Under the pieces are notes generated by a model. It was not told where the DNA came from. It saw nothing but the letters and a program-made list of their open reading frames with translations, and searched no databases. The translations under genes and the position numbers were made by a program. From Selaginella moellendorffii (Eukaryota > Plantae > Lycopodiophyta), in the NCBI RefSeq assembly GCF_000143415.4, contig NW_003314262.1, positions 5,614,304 through 5,678,303 of the forward strand: DNA of 64,000 bases. Direction: 5' to 3'. Shown piece by piece: positions 12,412 through 26,400 of the stretch. Every line of letters begins with the position of its first letter. Position 1 is the stretch's first letter.

Positions 12412-14310
12412 TTATATCTTCACCGAGAGAACAAACTGCTCCAATCGCTGAGCAAAAATCTCCTCCACGGCCACTTGCTTGGTAAACAGAGGGAAGAATC
12501 TCTCTGGTACCACCAGCACGAACCAATATTTCGGCGGTGGAGCTCGGCCTTGCTTCTCACACCAATCGTCCAAAAACTCGATTACTTTGCCAACGTACTT
12601 CCACTTGATCGAGCTCTCCAGCGTCACTGCCACTCGAAAAATCAGTCCAGTGACAGTCCTCCCAGGCGTCAAAAAGGAATCAACGGTCCCCTCTGGCTTC
12701 ATCACAGGCTTCACGTAGTGCTCCCATCCCAGAAAATGTAGAGGAAGTTTATCCTTGTGATGCAACTGACCACGACTCGTGAAGAGCTCAGCATATAAAT
12801 AAGTCTTTCCCGAGCTCTTGTCAAAGTACTGGCAAACGGCTCGCTGTGGTCGTATCGTTTTCCGGAATTCTTTCTTCCCGTCGTCTAAGCTCCGCATGAC
12901 GAACGCACCACCCCGGCCTAGTTCCTCGTGCACTATTCTTTCGAATGGGACTTCTCGTAAACCAGCCAAAGCCGACACTGGAGTGTTGATGAGCTTGATT
13001 CGTTCCGTCAAACTAGTTTCCACGAGACCTGCTAGTATGACGTCTTTGGCGTACGTCGAGGCAGGGACGTACAACTTTGTAGTTGAGCTGTTTTCCTCGA
13101 AAGAATCCGAAGTCTTTCTCGAGTACCTGTTCCGTACTAGCTTTTCCATATCTCGCCTGTTTAAGTAGCTCTCGGGAAACGATTTCCAGTTAACCAGCAC
13201 GGCCGCGTTGTCGACCGAGCTCTTCAAGTCCCCCAAAGTATAAGAACCCGAGTTGTAAAGGCAGCGGGGAACGCCACCAACGTAGAAGAAGCGGAGTTCC
13301 AAGTCGACAACGTCTAGCCCGAGATCCTCGAGGCAGAGCTCGCACTGTTCCAAGCTCCAGTCTTCCATATAGATAACCTTTCCTCCTGACCACCTCGAAA
13401 AATCGAAAGGACCATCTTCTCGATCGAGTGCCACGCACTGGAGCAAAGGACCTGGATGCAGGACGGGCTTGGAAGGACCATCCAGAATGAGCCATACGGT
13501 CGAGTTCACGAACTGTCCAGCCTCGGTGTAGCTTCTAAAAACTCTGGTGCTCGGACAAGTTCCCGAAAAGTTGTACAGAATCCATGTCTGGCAGTCTTTG
13601 CATCGATATACCACGGCCTTCTTCTCCAGAGCTAGAGAGACGAGCCACAGTATCCCAAAAACACTCTTTCCAATGCCTGGCGTTCCTACAAGGTGGATGT
13701 TTTTCACCTTTCCAGTTAAGTTCTTTATTTCCGCTGCGATGTCATGATAGGCCTCGTGCACCCAGAGAGATTTGTATTCCATGCTGTCCGCAAGAAATGG
13801 AATTCTGCCGGGAAAGTGGATGACATTACGGGGCTTGAATATGTTCTCGTCCGGGGACATCGACTTTACCATTTCAAAGACTTCGTTTGCAAAGGCTTGA
13901 TACTGTGAGCCACCTGAAAGAAGAACAAAAGCACGGTAAAAAACGTTTCTTCTGAAAAGTATTGAAATTTACCATAAGATAATCCATTATCAGCAACAAC
14001 TGAATACATAGAAAAGATGTGAGAAGAAAGACAACTAAGAATTTCGAAACTGCATACCTGGACAGCCTCGAGCTTCAAGAGCCGTTGCTTCGGACTTTCC
14101 ATCACCAAAACCCCACTCTCGGACCTCCTCAATATCATCCAGACCCTTGCCTTCTCCGTCCACCTGAAGAACATCTGTACCAACACACAGAGTCGAAACA
14201 TCCAGCTTCCAGAAACTAGCAATCTTCTGCACATCCAGCTTCCTTCCTGGAGCAAGAGCAAAGCGTTGCACTGTGCCAGAGTACCGGACCCAAATTCTTT
14301 CCTTCATCAT
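12412..14310 (-). CDS. Crinkler/RHS-like protein (~584 aa): N-terminal header, P-loop NTPase, restriction-endonuclease-fold domain; exons 14310-14058 and 13913-12412
   Basis: Splicing the GT..AG intron joins the 91-aa and 486-aa ORFs in frame; Walker A LVGTPGIGKS, Walker B WLILDG, VGGVPR motif, then FERIVHE...VDSFL...LIFRVAV and a terminal FVLVVP...LEQFVL pattern as in CR/RHS proteins. Confidence 0.75.
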
Positions 14311-14664
14311 CGCGTCACGCCTCCGAGACAGTGAAGGATTAAAGAGAGGTTCTCCTTCCCCTTCTTCTGCGCAACTTTATTCTCCACTTTAACGGATACG
14401 GCTTCGTCATCGAGCACAAAACATACAGAGACAGAATCAACAGTGCTCAGAAAAAAAAAACATTAGGTAGTACCAGAAACATACTTCAAATTGATCCACA
14501 TTACCTTATATATACAAATCGTAACTAGAGGAGGCCGCATTCTTACACTACTGTCTCCAAAATTCTCGAGCCTCACAGTGTTATTCTTATAGAGTTTCAT
14601 CCTGAGGCTCTGTCCAAAACGCTGGTTAGCTCTAGCAAAACAGGCCGTCGGCTTGAACCTTTTA

Positions 14665-17603
14665 TCAGTAGTCTGAAGGCGGGTCGTGCATGCTTCTTTG
14701 AGAACCACCAAGCTCATCGCCCGAGCTCCGCTTGCTGAGGCTGGCCCGTTGCATCAACCGGACTAGAGACTGGACAACCTCGGACATTGGAGGCCTAAAC
14801 TCGGGCTCAGGCTGCATAGAAAGTAACAGAATGTCGACCGAGTGAATCAGCAAACACTTATTTACCTGAACACACGACGAGATAACGTCTGCGAAGCGAG
14901 ACAAAGACTTGGCTGGATAGATGCCTTTCAACGCAGGGTCCACCATTTTAGACAGCGCATCAATATCGTGGAGTTGAGGTGTGGCCCATCTCACCAGCGA
15001 CTGCTCCGAGCGTGCTCTTGAACTGAATAGAACACCTCTTTAGCTAATGGAACATATAACCTTGAAAACTAGGAAACCTTACCTGTCCAGAGGCTTACGC
15101 CCTGTCAGTAGCTCCAGCATCACCACTCCAAAACTGTACACATCGCTTTTAACGGTATAAACACCAGACATTGCAAACTCAGGAGCACTGTAGCCAAAGG
15201 AACCCAGCATTTGTGCCGCAACCTGCCAGTTTTTTCCTATCAGCAAAGGAATAAAAGAGAATTCAAAAGCGCTAGTTCTTCAGACCTGTCGATCGGACGA
15301 CGTGGAACTCAAAGCTGCAAGCCCACAGTCAGTTAAATGTGGACTCATATCATCGTCGAGTAGAATGTTGGCGGACTTAAAATTGCGATGTACAACCGCT
15401 GGCGAACATACCTCGTGCAAATACCTGTCAGCATAGTTGTAATTAGCCAAGTTCTTATGAAATAGATATCAGCACTTACTCAAGTGCTCGCGCAGCTCCT
15501 AACGCAATTTTGACTCGTTGATTCCATGATAGCCGTTTACTCGTCTCATCAAGAACGTGCAACATCTCATGAAGTGTTCCTCTGTTGAAATACTCATACA
15601 CGAGCAGCCGTTGTCCATGCTCTGCACAGTATCCGACAAGCTCTGTAACATTTGTGTGCCGCAGACGAGCAATGGTAGAAACAAATGCAAGAAACTCTTC
15701 ATTTGTTTGTACCGTGGATCCTGATGCGTCGAGCTTCTTGACAGCTAACGGCTGCACCATCGGATTTGTCAGTCTGGTGCCAATTACGCATTGTGCTTAC
15801 CGTGCCATTTTGAAGCTCTGCACGATAGACTCTTCCCAAAGAACCTTCACCCAAAAGATTTTCTTGCGCAAAGCTGTTCGTGGCAGCCTGAAGATCGGCG
15901 ACGGAGTAAGAAGTTGCAGCAACCGACGCCTTCGAATTTTTGTGTTTTATAGGACTACGCTCAGCAGCTGGAGTCTTTAGCGGTGGTGGCTTTAAGACTT
16001 TTTCGGGAGGAGAAAGTCTTGTTTTCTGTTCCATTTTAAGCTCTTTCACTGATTTTGCAAGAAGACCGTTAGCTAGAATGCACAACTCAATAGAAGAGCA
16101 TACCTTTAGCAGGAGCATTATGAGGAGTTAGCCATGAGCTCTCCATTTTCTTTTCCAGGTCCGGTTTTCCTTTTCTCTTACGCATGTAGCATACAGCGAC
16201 AAGGCCAGCGATAACAGCAGCCAATACCAATGCAACAATTATACCAGCCATTGTTCCTTGTGACAAACCGCCACTTTCAGCGTCTTTAGACTGCCTTGGT
16301 GAAGACTTGGCCCCAGGACTTTTTCCTCCAGCTTGTGCTCGTGGTGGAGGTGGAGGAGGCGTGAAAGGAGGTGGAGGGGGAGCCGGCGAAGTACTAAAAT
16401 TGTTCCCACCGTCCCTGTAAAAGCAACGTTAGTATTTAGTACGTGTGAGGTTCCCTTCTTACCTTAAGTTGGGAATAGATCGAAGTGAGCTTGGAACCCA
16501 TCCATTAAACTGATTATTTTCAACGTTTCTGAAAAAGAAAGCTTACGATAGAAAAAAAAAAAAAAACAATTAGATATCTTACAAGTCAGCAAGAGGCAAA
16601 TCAGACAGTACGTTAATATCCCCGCTGAGTTTATTGTTCTGGACGTGCCTGTGTAAAAGCTGAGTTTCAAGGATGATATTTGGGGAAGAAAGGCTTACAT
16701 AACGGATATGCTAATCAAACCCGCAAATGAGGAAGGAAGCGAGCCAGTAAGTTGATTAAAGGACACGTCTCTGAAAATTTCGAAAACAGTCAAGTGTCAT
16801 ACTTCCGAGTGCGTTTACATACTTACAGAAGATTCAAGTTGGAGAAGTTTTGAAAGACATCAGGAATTGTACCAATTAACTGGTTATGGCTCACGTCTCT
16901 ACACAAAAGTGCCACGATTAAAGTGATGTTTGGTGTCAGAAGAAAACTTACATTTTCGTTAGAGACCACAAATCTTTCAGAGAGTATGGAAGACCAGTCA
17001 ACTGGTTATTAGACAAGTACCTATCATAGAAAGTTTTAGGAAAATAAACAAGGCAAGGCTAGGAAGAACGTACATCTCTTGTAGTTGTGGCGGAAGCTGG
17101 TACGGGATCGCTTGACTGAGTTGATTGTTGCTCAAATCCCTACAACGAAAAATAAATTTCGTTCCCGAAAACAATCGATGAAACATACAGTATCTTGAGG
17201 TTCCGGAGCTGATCCAACGCGTATCCCAAGGACCCTCCCAAATTCTGACCGGGAAGCTTACTGAAGAACACATAAATTATAGCGCATCAAATCATCTTGC
17301 GATCTAAGTTTAGAACGTACATTGAGGTAACCCGAGGACCCGTACATAGCACTCCTTGCCATGATTCGCCGCATGGATCACCACCGGGCCCAGAGTTCCA
17401 CCCAGATAGCCGCGGAGAATTCCAGCTTCCATAGAGGATCTTAAGCCCATTAACTGCGAAAACAATGTGTCAATGCTTTCCTCATATCCCAAGACTGGCA
17501 TATTTGCACAACACGACTTACCATCGCCAATCTCTGTGATCGCACGAACTGTCCAGGCCACTTGCATGAGGAGCGCCAGACGAAAGAGAGCAGACCGAGC
17601 CAT
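14665..17603 (-). CDS. SRF: STRUBBELIG-receptor family LRR receptor-like kinase (multi-exon)
   Basis: Signal peptide MARSALF; [10 protein letters not shown]; IPYQLPPQL LRRs; Pro-rich linker; TM; kinase with [45 protein letters not shown]; many ~50-60 bp introns. Confidence 0.93.
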
Positions 17604-18641
17604 CGTGGTGTCTGCCAAGGCAAAAAGAAGAGATCAATCACACCGATTCGCTCAAGAGAAATCCGAACTGACTGAGCCGGATGCAGCTAGAGGAGAAATT
17701 TCGAGAGAAATGGAAGGCGCCGGATCTAAATGCCTAAGCCACGCAACAGCATTGCGAGGAATCGGCGCTCTAGAGATTCACCTGGTAGCGGCGCCTCGCG
17801 ATGACGGGATTTCGATCGCTGTGCGCTTCATTCCACGGCTACCCTGGCCAATCGCCGGGCTCGTCGCGCAGCTCTCGCTACCCTACCGTGCAAGCAAGAA
17901 CTAAATGCCGATGCCCTGGAGCTCTCGCAGGAGCCTCAGCCCCAATCTTAACTAGCTATTAATCTCGAAACTACGAACAAATGGTTGCTTCGTACAGCCA
18001 CCCGGTAGATATGGGCAGGGAGGTCGCAAACACGTTTGGCACTGTTTGTGTGCCAGTCTGGATCCGGACAAACAGACCATTTCTCTAGTGGGCCATGGCC
18101 CATGACACGGAATGTAAGTTAACCGCCTGCTGCAGGTATTCCATCCCGCTGGACCGGCGGCGCTGGTTAAAGAGGTCGTACTGGGAGTCGAGCCGGTGAC
18201 GTGCGAGAGCGATGGCCCTTCTGTGTGTAGTTAGCGGACAAAAAGAAACGCGAACCATGAATTTTTGACACGGGAACAAAAGAGTGTGAGGGAAGAGGGC
18301 CCCCACATTGAGATCACGGGCTTTGATCTTTCTTTCTTCCTTCTTTCTTGTGTGAGGACTTTGGAAGTGGGCGAACCATCAAGGCCTCCCTCCAAACAGC
18401 GAGCCATCACTTCACCGAAAGAACACATTTGATAGCTACGACTTGCGGGAAATTAAAAAGAAAGCTGGTGGTCGGTTCCACACAAAAGCAGTGCTCTGGA
18501 AGCGATTGCTAGATTCTTGTTTCGCGCTAGGGGGAGTACTGCAGCAATGAAGAGCGGTAAGAGTTAGTAGGTCCAAATCGCATCGGTTAGCTTGGAGTTT
18601 TCATACGATGGATCTAAATGCGGCAGCTGGAACTTCCCTCA

Positions 18642-18832
18642 ACTCAAGCTCCGGGAGATAATGAGATTGATCTAGATGAGCTACCGTAAGTTGCCTGAGC
18701 TAACGTAACTACTAAAAGAAAGAAGTAGCGTACCAGGACTCAAGCTCCATGAGGTAATGAGATTGATCTAGATGAGCTACCGTAAGTTGCCTGAGCTAAC
18801 GCAACTACTAAAAGGATGGAATAGCGTACCAG
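18642..18832. repeat. ~97-bp tandem duplication just downstream of the unknown gene
   Basis: TAATGAGATTGATCTAGATGAGCTACCGTAAGTTGCCTGAGCTAACG occurs at ~18659 and ~18756. Confidence 0.85.
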
Positions 18833-18861
18833 GAGCCACGATGACCGCTGAGTTCTTTTTC

Positions 18862-21439
18862 TTAAGTGGAAATCTCCTCCTGGCCAGCCTCGAAGGCGCC
18901 CCAGATCTCGGCAATCTCGTCAGCTGAGAGGGACAAGGCGTCTGTCTCAGGCACCTTTGGAGCTGTAGGCATAACGGGTGTGGCTGGCAGGGACTTGAGT
19001 CCAGCAGACTTAACTTGAAACTCGAAGCCAGGCGATGGATGATCATCCTCCAGCCAGGCATCTCTGTTGAGGTCCAGGTCCTTGAAGTCGCGTCTTTTGC
19101 CAGGAGTCCTCTCTTTGTCCTCTTCAATAATGACGCTCTCCGCTGCTGCTTTTTCGTGATCGTCATTCTCAAAGCCAAACGATGAACACCTCTGAACCGG
19201 AGCTGCAGCGTTTTTGGAACTTCCCCTGTCCTGCGATAGAAAAAGCTGTGGAGTTAAAAGAAAAGGAAGAAAACAAATAGTGGAGGTGTCATACACGGTG
19301 CAACTTTACCTCATTCGAAGAATGCGTGCACCGGTCACAGTTTTGTTCTTGTGAAGCTGTCAAATCCACAGCAACCTTATTCGAAGATGTGTCCAGATGG
19401 AATGATGACGTTGATTCTTCTCTCTGCTGTGTCCTTGAAATGTGAAACCGAGGAACCTTACCAAATAGCTCATCCGGGTTCTTCATTATGTGAAAGGAGA
19501 ACTCCGAGTGCTTGGACGAACCTATCCTCGCTTCGACGGAAAGACCATTGCATGTTGAGCTTATTGACTGTCGTGGAGTGGCCGGGACGGAAGTGGAGCC
19601 TGTTCTCGTAGGGGAGTCAAGTGCCACGCTCAGATCCAGCTTGATACCATCCCTGTTTGACCTCTTGCTCTTGTCGGCTGCCATTCCCAACTTGAGCTCG
19701 AGATCTACATCCTGCTTAACTTCGTCGTCCTCCTCACCGCTGGACTGATCCAGCTCAATCATCAGAGCTAGCTTCAACGCCATCTTTTTAAGTTTCTTCG
19801 GAGTTCTTTCGAGCAGCTCCAAGAGTTCTGGATCAGGCGAGCAACTTCCAGCGTCCTGTCCCTCCTGCTCATGCAGAACCTGCTTGTCCTCCACGTTCGT
19901 ATCGGTGCTTGCAATATCTACGTGCTTATCTTTGGTGTGTTCGTCCGTCGCCCCAAGGAACTTGTCTTCTAAAGCTCCTGGGACCGACAGCCGGAAGTTG
20001 AGGTTCTCCTGCGCAGCTGTAAACCTCTTTGGTGATCTAAGCCGTTTTGATCCCGAACGAGGTTCTTTGCTGAGGCAGGATGGATTTACTCCGGCTGAGT
20101 CTTCGGTCGTGACTGAAGAGCTCGACTGAATGTCGAGATGGATCGCATCACTGAAAACCGAAAACTTTTCCGATTTTAAGACGCTGTTCGTCGACACAGG
20201 AACAAGCTTCATGGCTGGCGCTGTTGGATGGTGAAAGTTACCAGATGTAAAAGTCTTGACTGGTGAGGAATGCCTGCGACAGTGTTGAGGCTTCAAACTG
20301 TTTAACGGTAGTTCCCGCAGAGCTGACCTTCCTTGAGCTTTGGCCTGTACTACCGAAGGGTTAGACATTCACTGACATTTGATAATTCACTTTGTTCATC
20401 TTACCGTAACATCTTTCGGCACTTGAGGAGGCTTTGCAGTCTCAGTCCTTGCACCCGGCAGGGATTTTTGAAACCGTGCTGCCGAAGCATTCAAGACAAA
20501 GTTACTGCTCCCGGTCCTTTTGTTAGGAGAACCTTTCCGAGGCGATCTTCGCCCCGGAGACTTCCTGCTGGGGGACCGTCGGCGCTGACGATTCGTAACA
20601 GCGGCTAGTTCCTCGCTGCTTAAAGATGAATGCGACGATGTACACCGTCCCCTTGACTTATCTGGAGAGACAGCGCGAAAGACCAGAGTCTGGTAGCACG
20701 GTAAACCAAGTCCTCTGGTCAGTGGAGCAGCTTCGGCCAAAGATTTCGTGGCAGCGGCTTCAACCTTCTCACCAGAGATCTCGGTTGCTTGCTGAGTCTC
20801 TTCGTCGTCCTTTCTGTCTGCAGCGTGACCGTCGTTAAACTTGAAGTTGGCAACCTTCAAACAAGCGATGGTAGCCAAGTGATCCGGACTCGGCCTTACG
20901 GAGTCCCCCGCCAAATCTCGCTTGCCTTCCTTTTGACTGGAGCACCGAGAGAGTGCCGCCTCTTTCGCGCTAGAAGATCTTGTAAGGCTGCCTTCTTTAG
21001 CACTTGAAGATCTGCTCAGCGAGAGAACCCCGCTCTTATCGGCTTCCATGAACTTCAGCAAAGTTCGTTTAGGCTGTTCTCCCCCTTGTAAATCGTGGAT
21101 GCCACTAGTGATGGCCTTCGCTCCTAGCAAATCCCGGCACCTTGTTCTCGATGGAGACAAAGGGTGTCGCCTAAGCTGCAGCGGGGGGACCTTGGAACCT
21201 CTGAGAAGCTTAGAAATACTTGAAAAACCTCTCTTCGTCTGCCCCGGGCTCTCACACTCGGTGTAAACCGGATTCATGAATGCTCTAGCTTGGTGTTTTC
21301 GAAAACCATCTTCGTCTTCCGTGTAAGACGCCCGCCTCACTGGGAAGAACACATTACCGTGTTTGTCCCAGCGACACTTCTCGGACTTTTCGGAGCCAGG
21401 GGTTGAGCGAGCGCTCGACTTACTCACACACAGACCCAT
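18862..21439 (-). CDS. Unknown, largely low-complexity ~812-aa protein starting MGLCVS; exons 21439-20405, 20344-19310, 19230-18862
   Basis: Three consecutive ORFs join in frame through 60-bp and 79-bp GT-AG introns; no recognisable domain. Confidence 0.7.
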
Positions 21440-23499
21440 TCCGCTCAAGATCCTGCGTGAAAGGAGATGATAAGCAACGAGAACGAATCTATACACAGGA
21501 ACTCACTTTTGCGAAGAACAGCCGCTCCAAATGCCTCGAAAAACTCTGAAGCACTAGAACACCTCCGCGACCATTGCAATGTCATCCTCTTGGTCTAAGC
21601 ACCAAAACTTCTTATGGCCTAGCGTTGTAGCGTACCATAGAAGCTGTGGTGCGTCGTCCCCACACCTCTGGACCGCCATTTTTCCCGTCAAGGAACAAAA
21701 CAAGCAAATCTGGCAAGGCCACCAGAAGTCAAGCGTGAAATCACAGAATAATCCCTGTGCAGGAAGGAAACGGTAAATCTCGGCTCACTCCTCACCAAGA
21801 TCTGGAACAAGACGGCCGAGCCTTTCCCTGGAGACGACAAAGAGAGAGATCTGCGCCAAGAAGCTCGAGCGTCTCCGGGCACTCAAACCCTGGCTCCTTC
21901 TTCTCACTTGATGAGGAGCCCTAAAGTATAGCAGCGCTTTTAGCAGGGTTTGTGGAACGAGAGATCCAAAGATTAAGACTCTTTGCAACGTCATTGAGCG
22001 GGAAAATTTCAAATTCGAAATGCTGCCGTTTGATCAGTCAGTGTTCAAAGGAAGTGTTCACTTTTTGTCCACTTCTTATGATATTGACAACATTGACTTC
22101 TTGTACGTGGAGAGGTGGCATGGCAAAGAAAAAAACTATAAGGCTAGTGTTTTAAGGTTACATTTGTTTTCTAGCCTGTATTTTAGTTATATTTTATTCT
22201 TATTTTTATAATATATCCTTTATTTTTGGTTTGCTTAAGCAAACTTATAAGGGATGGTAGTGGATATACTTACAATATGCTTAAATATTCTAGGATATTT
22301 TACCATCTAACAGTTGTTATTCATTTAGATTAATTTTGTATTTATAATTTATAAAATTTCTTAAACCCTTTTTAGTATTTTTTTAATTCTGTTATCTAAT
22401 GGTTAATATGCATTAATATTAATCTTAAATTATAACATAAACTTTATTTGATCAATTAGATTAATAAGTAAAAATAACACTAATATTAAACAAACCAAGC
22501 ATTACTACATGTAACACATAGCAATTTATTTGTTTAGTCAAAGGTAATTATCCTATAAACAGTTAGAGTCTTGGCCATTGTATTTACTTATTTCTTTTTT
22601 TTAATTTCTTAAAATTTTACTTTGAGGCTAGATTTTTTCTACAGCTAAACAGCCATTATTCCTACTAAGTTTATGGCATCAATTTTTTATTAACTAATTA
22701 TTTTCATGATGAATTTACTAAATTGATAGTTTATTACTAGTTTAATACCTTTAAGTGAAAAAGAAACACTCTCATCACATCACATGTTAAAATTAACGTT
22801 TGATCTACTTTATTTATATTAAGGAGGAACATCTCAACATAGTGGAACTCTTAAGAAACTTATGGCTCTTTTAACTTTTGTTCTTAAGAATGATGGGATT
22901 ATAGCCACAAATTTAGAAACAACTCATTATATTCAAAAATAGAGAGAAAGGGCTCTAATTTTTTTCTCTAATTGTTTAGGATATTTCAATTTAAATATCC
23001 TTTGTTTTAGTTTGAGTAAGACAGAAATAAGTGATCAATCTAAATTAAAGAGATTATCACGAGTTAAGCTATACTAGATAACTATTAAGATGACTATTAG
23101 TTTTAAGAGAGCCTAATTTCAATCACTACTTAAACCATATTAATTAGAGTGTTCAATCACTATACTAGGTGGGCTCTAGGGCGCAGTATTTCACATACAT
23201 CCTTATTCAAAAGAAGGCATTCTTTTTTTAGATTGTAAATATAATTTATAACAAATTTTTAAAAATTAGCATTAAAATTTATTAAAAAAAATAAGAATAA
23301 AAATGAATCCCTGAATGGAAAGGGATTTGATAAGGATCAAAAAAAGATATAAAAAATAACATTCTCCCATGTTTTGAAACATCCTCAAAATGCTAAAGAG
23401 GGGTCATAGAATGACCACTTAAAGACAAATGATTTAATTTAAGAAGGATAAGGCTATGGTATAGGTGGTTTTGAATTATTAATGAGATAGTGAGAATAG

Positions 23500-26400
23500 A
23501 CAAAGCCTTAACATCACTAGTACCTTTAAGTGTTTGAAGTGGGACTTGAACACATGTAATATTTATATCAAATTTAAAGTTAATATAACTTTAAATCACC
23601 TTTGAGGGTTTAACAAGTACTGTAGGTTAGAATAAGGACCTATGGAGGTTATGAGTGAGAGTTCTTCAAATAATCAAAGGTATAGTTAAATGATTAAAGT
23701 AGAATGAAAAATTTAGTTAGTATTTGAGTTGTTTCTTAGTCTAAATTTTATTGGCAATCAAGTATATCATCATTTGATATTAATATCCAAAGGTCCCAAG
23801 AGTGGGGCTAAACTCAAAAAATAGGATGTTAAAAGAGTATAGCTCTTCACTTTAGTTCATATATAAATTTATATAACTATGATAAAAAATAATTAGGATC
23901 TTAGGAACCATAAAAGGTTTTCCTTAAAAAGATGATGATATAATCAATGTGAGAGCATAATTTTGCAAATCTAATTTTAATATAATTATAGTATACAACT
24001 AAAGTTTAGATCACTTGAAGAAAAAGGACTTCTAGAGAATAAAAGAGTTATAACATTATCCTTATTTAGTTCAGGATAGTGTTATGAATGATAATCATAA
24101 GTGGTCAAATATGGTTGAGAATATATGTCCTTAGTGTAGTAATTTTAGCTATCTTTCATAAATGCTAGAGCAACCTAAGGAATTGGGGTGTACTTAAATA
24201 ATATTCATATATTACGGAAGGACAATTTTAAAGGGCAAAGTAGCCCACATGAAATAACAAAGATAATTAAGAGTTGGAGTAACACTTTTAAAAATGCTAT
24301 TTGTGGATGAGATAAAAATACAAGTAATTATATTCAAGTGAGGTGGCATTTCAAGAGTAGCCATGAGGCTATCAAGAGTGTTATCCAAAAGTTATAAAAA
24401 GGTGTTCACAAAAGAAAAATAAACTTCTATAAAGGTGTTTAAGCATGATGGTGAAGGGTTAATTAATATCAATTATTTTGGTATAACAAAAAGAGTAATA
24501 TATGATCTTGGTGAAAGACATAAATGCAAGTGGTACATATTGTAAAGATAAGCTTATAAAGTTGATAATATGGAGACACTAAGTATCTCATTAGGAGGTG
24601 CCTTAGATAGCTCAAGGTGGTTAGTTCATGAAATCTTTGCCAAGAGAAATAAAATTGGCATAGCTTAAACCCAAAAATATGGAATTAAAGTCTTTTAACA
24701 AAATATATGTAATGGTGTAAAACATCAATATGTGAGCAACTTAAAAAAACAACGATCTATAAAGGTTTATATAGAGAAATGACCCATAAACAAAAGTGCA
24801 ATCCCTTTTCCAATTGGTTAACTGTGTTAAAATATTTGAGGTTAAGTGTTATTGAGTTTGAGTAATAATGGGCATGTCTTGATTTTGAAGGGCACCCCCT
24901 TTTTAATTTTAAAAGCTTTACTTTTGATCTATTTTTCATCTTGAAAGTTTAAGAAATGTATTGAGTTTCAAAAGAAAGCTTTTTATTTCATATAACCTTA
25001 AACTCAATGCAATAGAAACACTTCATTCTTTTAGTTGGAAAAATACTAATTTTAAGAAACCAAGGATAACTAATTATCAATCTTTTTTGAACTATAAAGT
25101 ATTTTCCCCATCCTCTTTGGCTTGATCAAATGCCCTAAAAGATTTATTAGTTAAAATGGATTATTTAGTGTCCTTTTTAGGCCTTCCCATCTTAAAATTG
25201 CTCACTACTTTGTGTCGACCCCAAAATGAATTTTTAACTCTATATTACTTTTATAAATCTAAAGTTCAACTCCTATAAAAAAAACTTAATTTTTTTTATA
25301 ACATTGCCTTTCTTTTGAAAGTTGATATCATTGAATACTTTTTTTTTTAGAGTTTATTTTTCATTATAACATTTCTTTTGAAAGGTTTAATCAATAGTTG
25401 TTATTCTATGAAAGTTTAAACACATCTTGAGAGGTACAAAAGCCATTAAAATTGAGATAAACAATTGGGTTAAGTGACTTTCTAAAAAGTTCAAATTCAA
25501 AAACTTACATTTGGTATTAAAACGGTTTTGGGTTCGACTATAATGGTTAGCTAGGGGAATCACACTATATATTAAATTAATATTTGGCATTTAATTTGTT
25601 CTAACTTGTCTCAATCTAGGATGTCGAGAGTGGGGCTTTAGGAGAGTTACAACTTTTAACTTATAGTGTGAAAAGATTTTGGGAAAGTTGTAGCTTTTAC
25701 CTTTTATTCACGAAGACATAAATTTATAAAGAAACATAGTGGATTGTAAGCAATGGAAAAGAACCACTTGATAGAAAAGAGCTCATGAATAAAAGTGTAT
25801 CACATTTTTTAATTGATTAAAAGTGTTGAGATATTTGGGGTTAAGCATCCTTAGGTTTGAATAATATTGAGTACAATAAGAAAGTGGTGTTTAATATCAT
25901 AAGGGCATTATCTAATGCCTAAAGAACTAAGTCCCTATCTAAAATGGATAAGGTCAAAAAGAATTTCGCACTATTAATGATGTTAATCTTGATGTGTGAG
26001 AGTACAAGTTGATCATATTGAGGAATCACTCCTTAAGTCATTATGGTGCAAAGTTACCCATAATTTGTATTTGTCCTTCGATTCTTATAATTTAGTTTTA
26101 CTATTTGCTTTTGGCTCCATACATTCCTTTTGCTTATTCTTTTCCATGGTAGTAAAGTTTAACCATTCTTTAAAATATGACAGTTGTAAAAGTAGTTATA
26201 ATAAAATAATATAGTTTTAAAAAAGATAGGTTCTCATAAAAAAAAATTCTAAACAACTCAATTTAGTAGAAAATTTTGACTTAAGTACTTACATATTTCA
26301 ATATTTTAAAGTCTATCAAAACCTTCATTTCTTCAATTTAGATTTGCTTTATAAGACTCTTAGTTGACTACATTAACTTGCATTACCTTATATCTCAACT

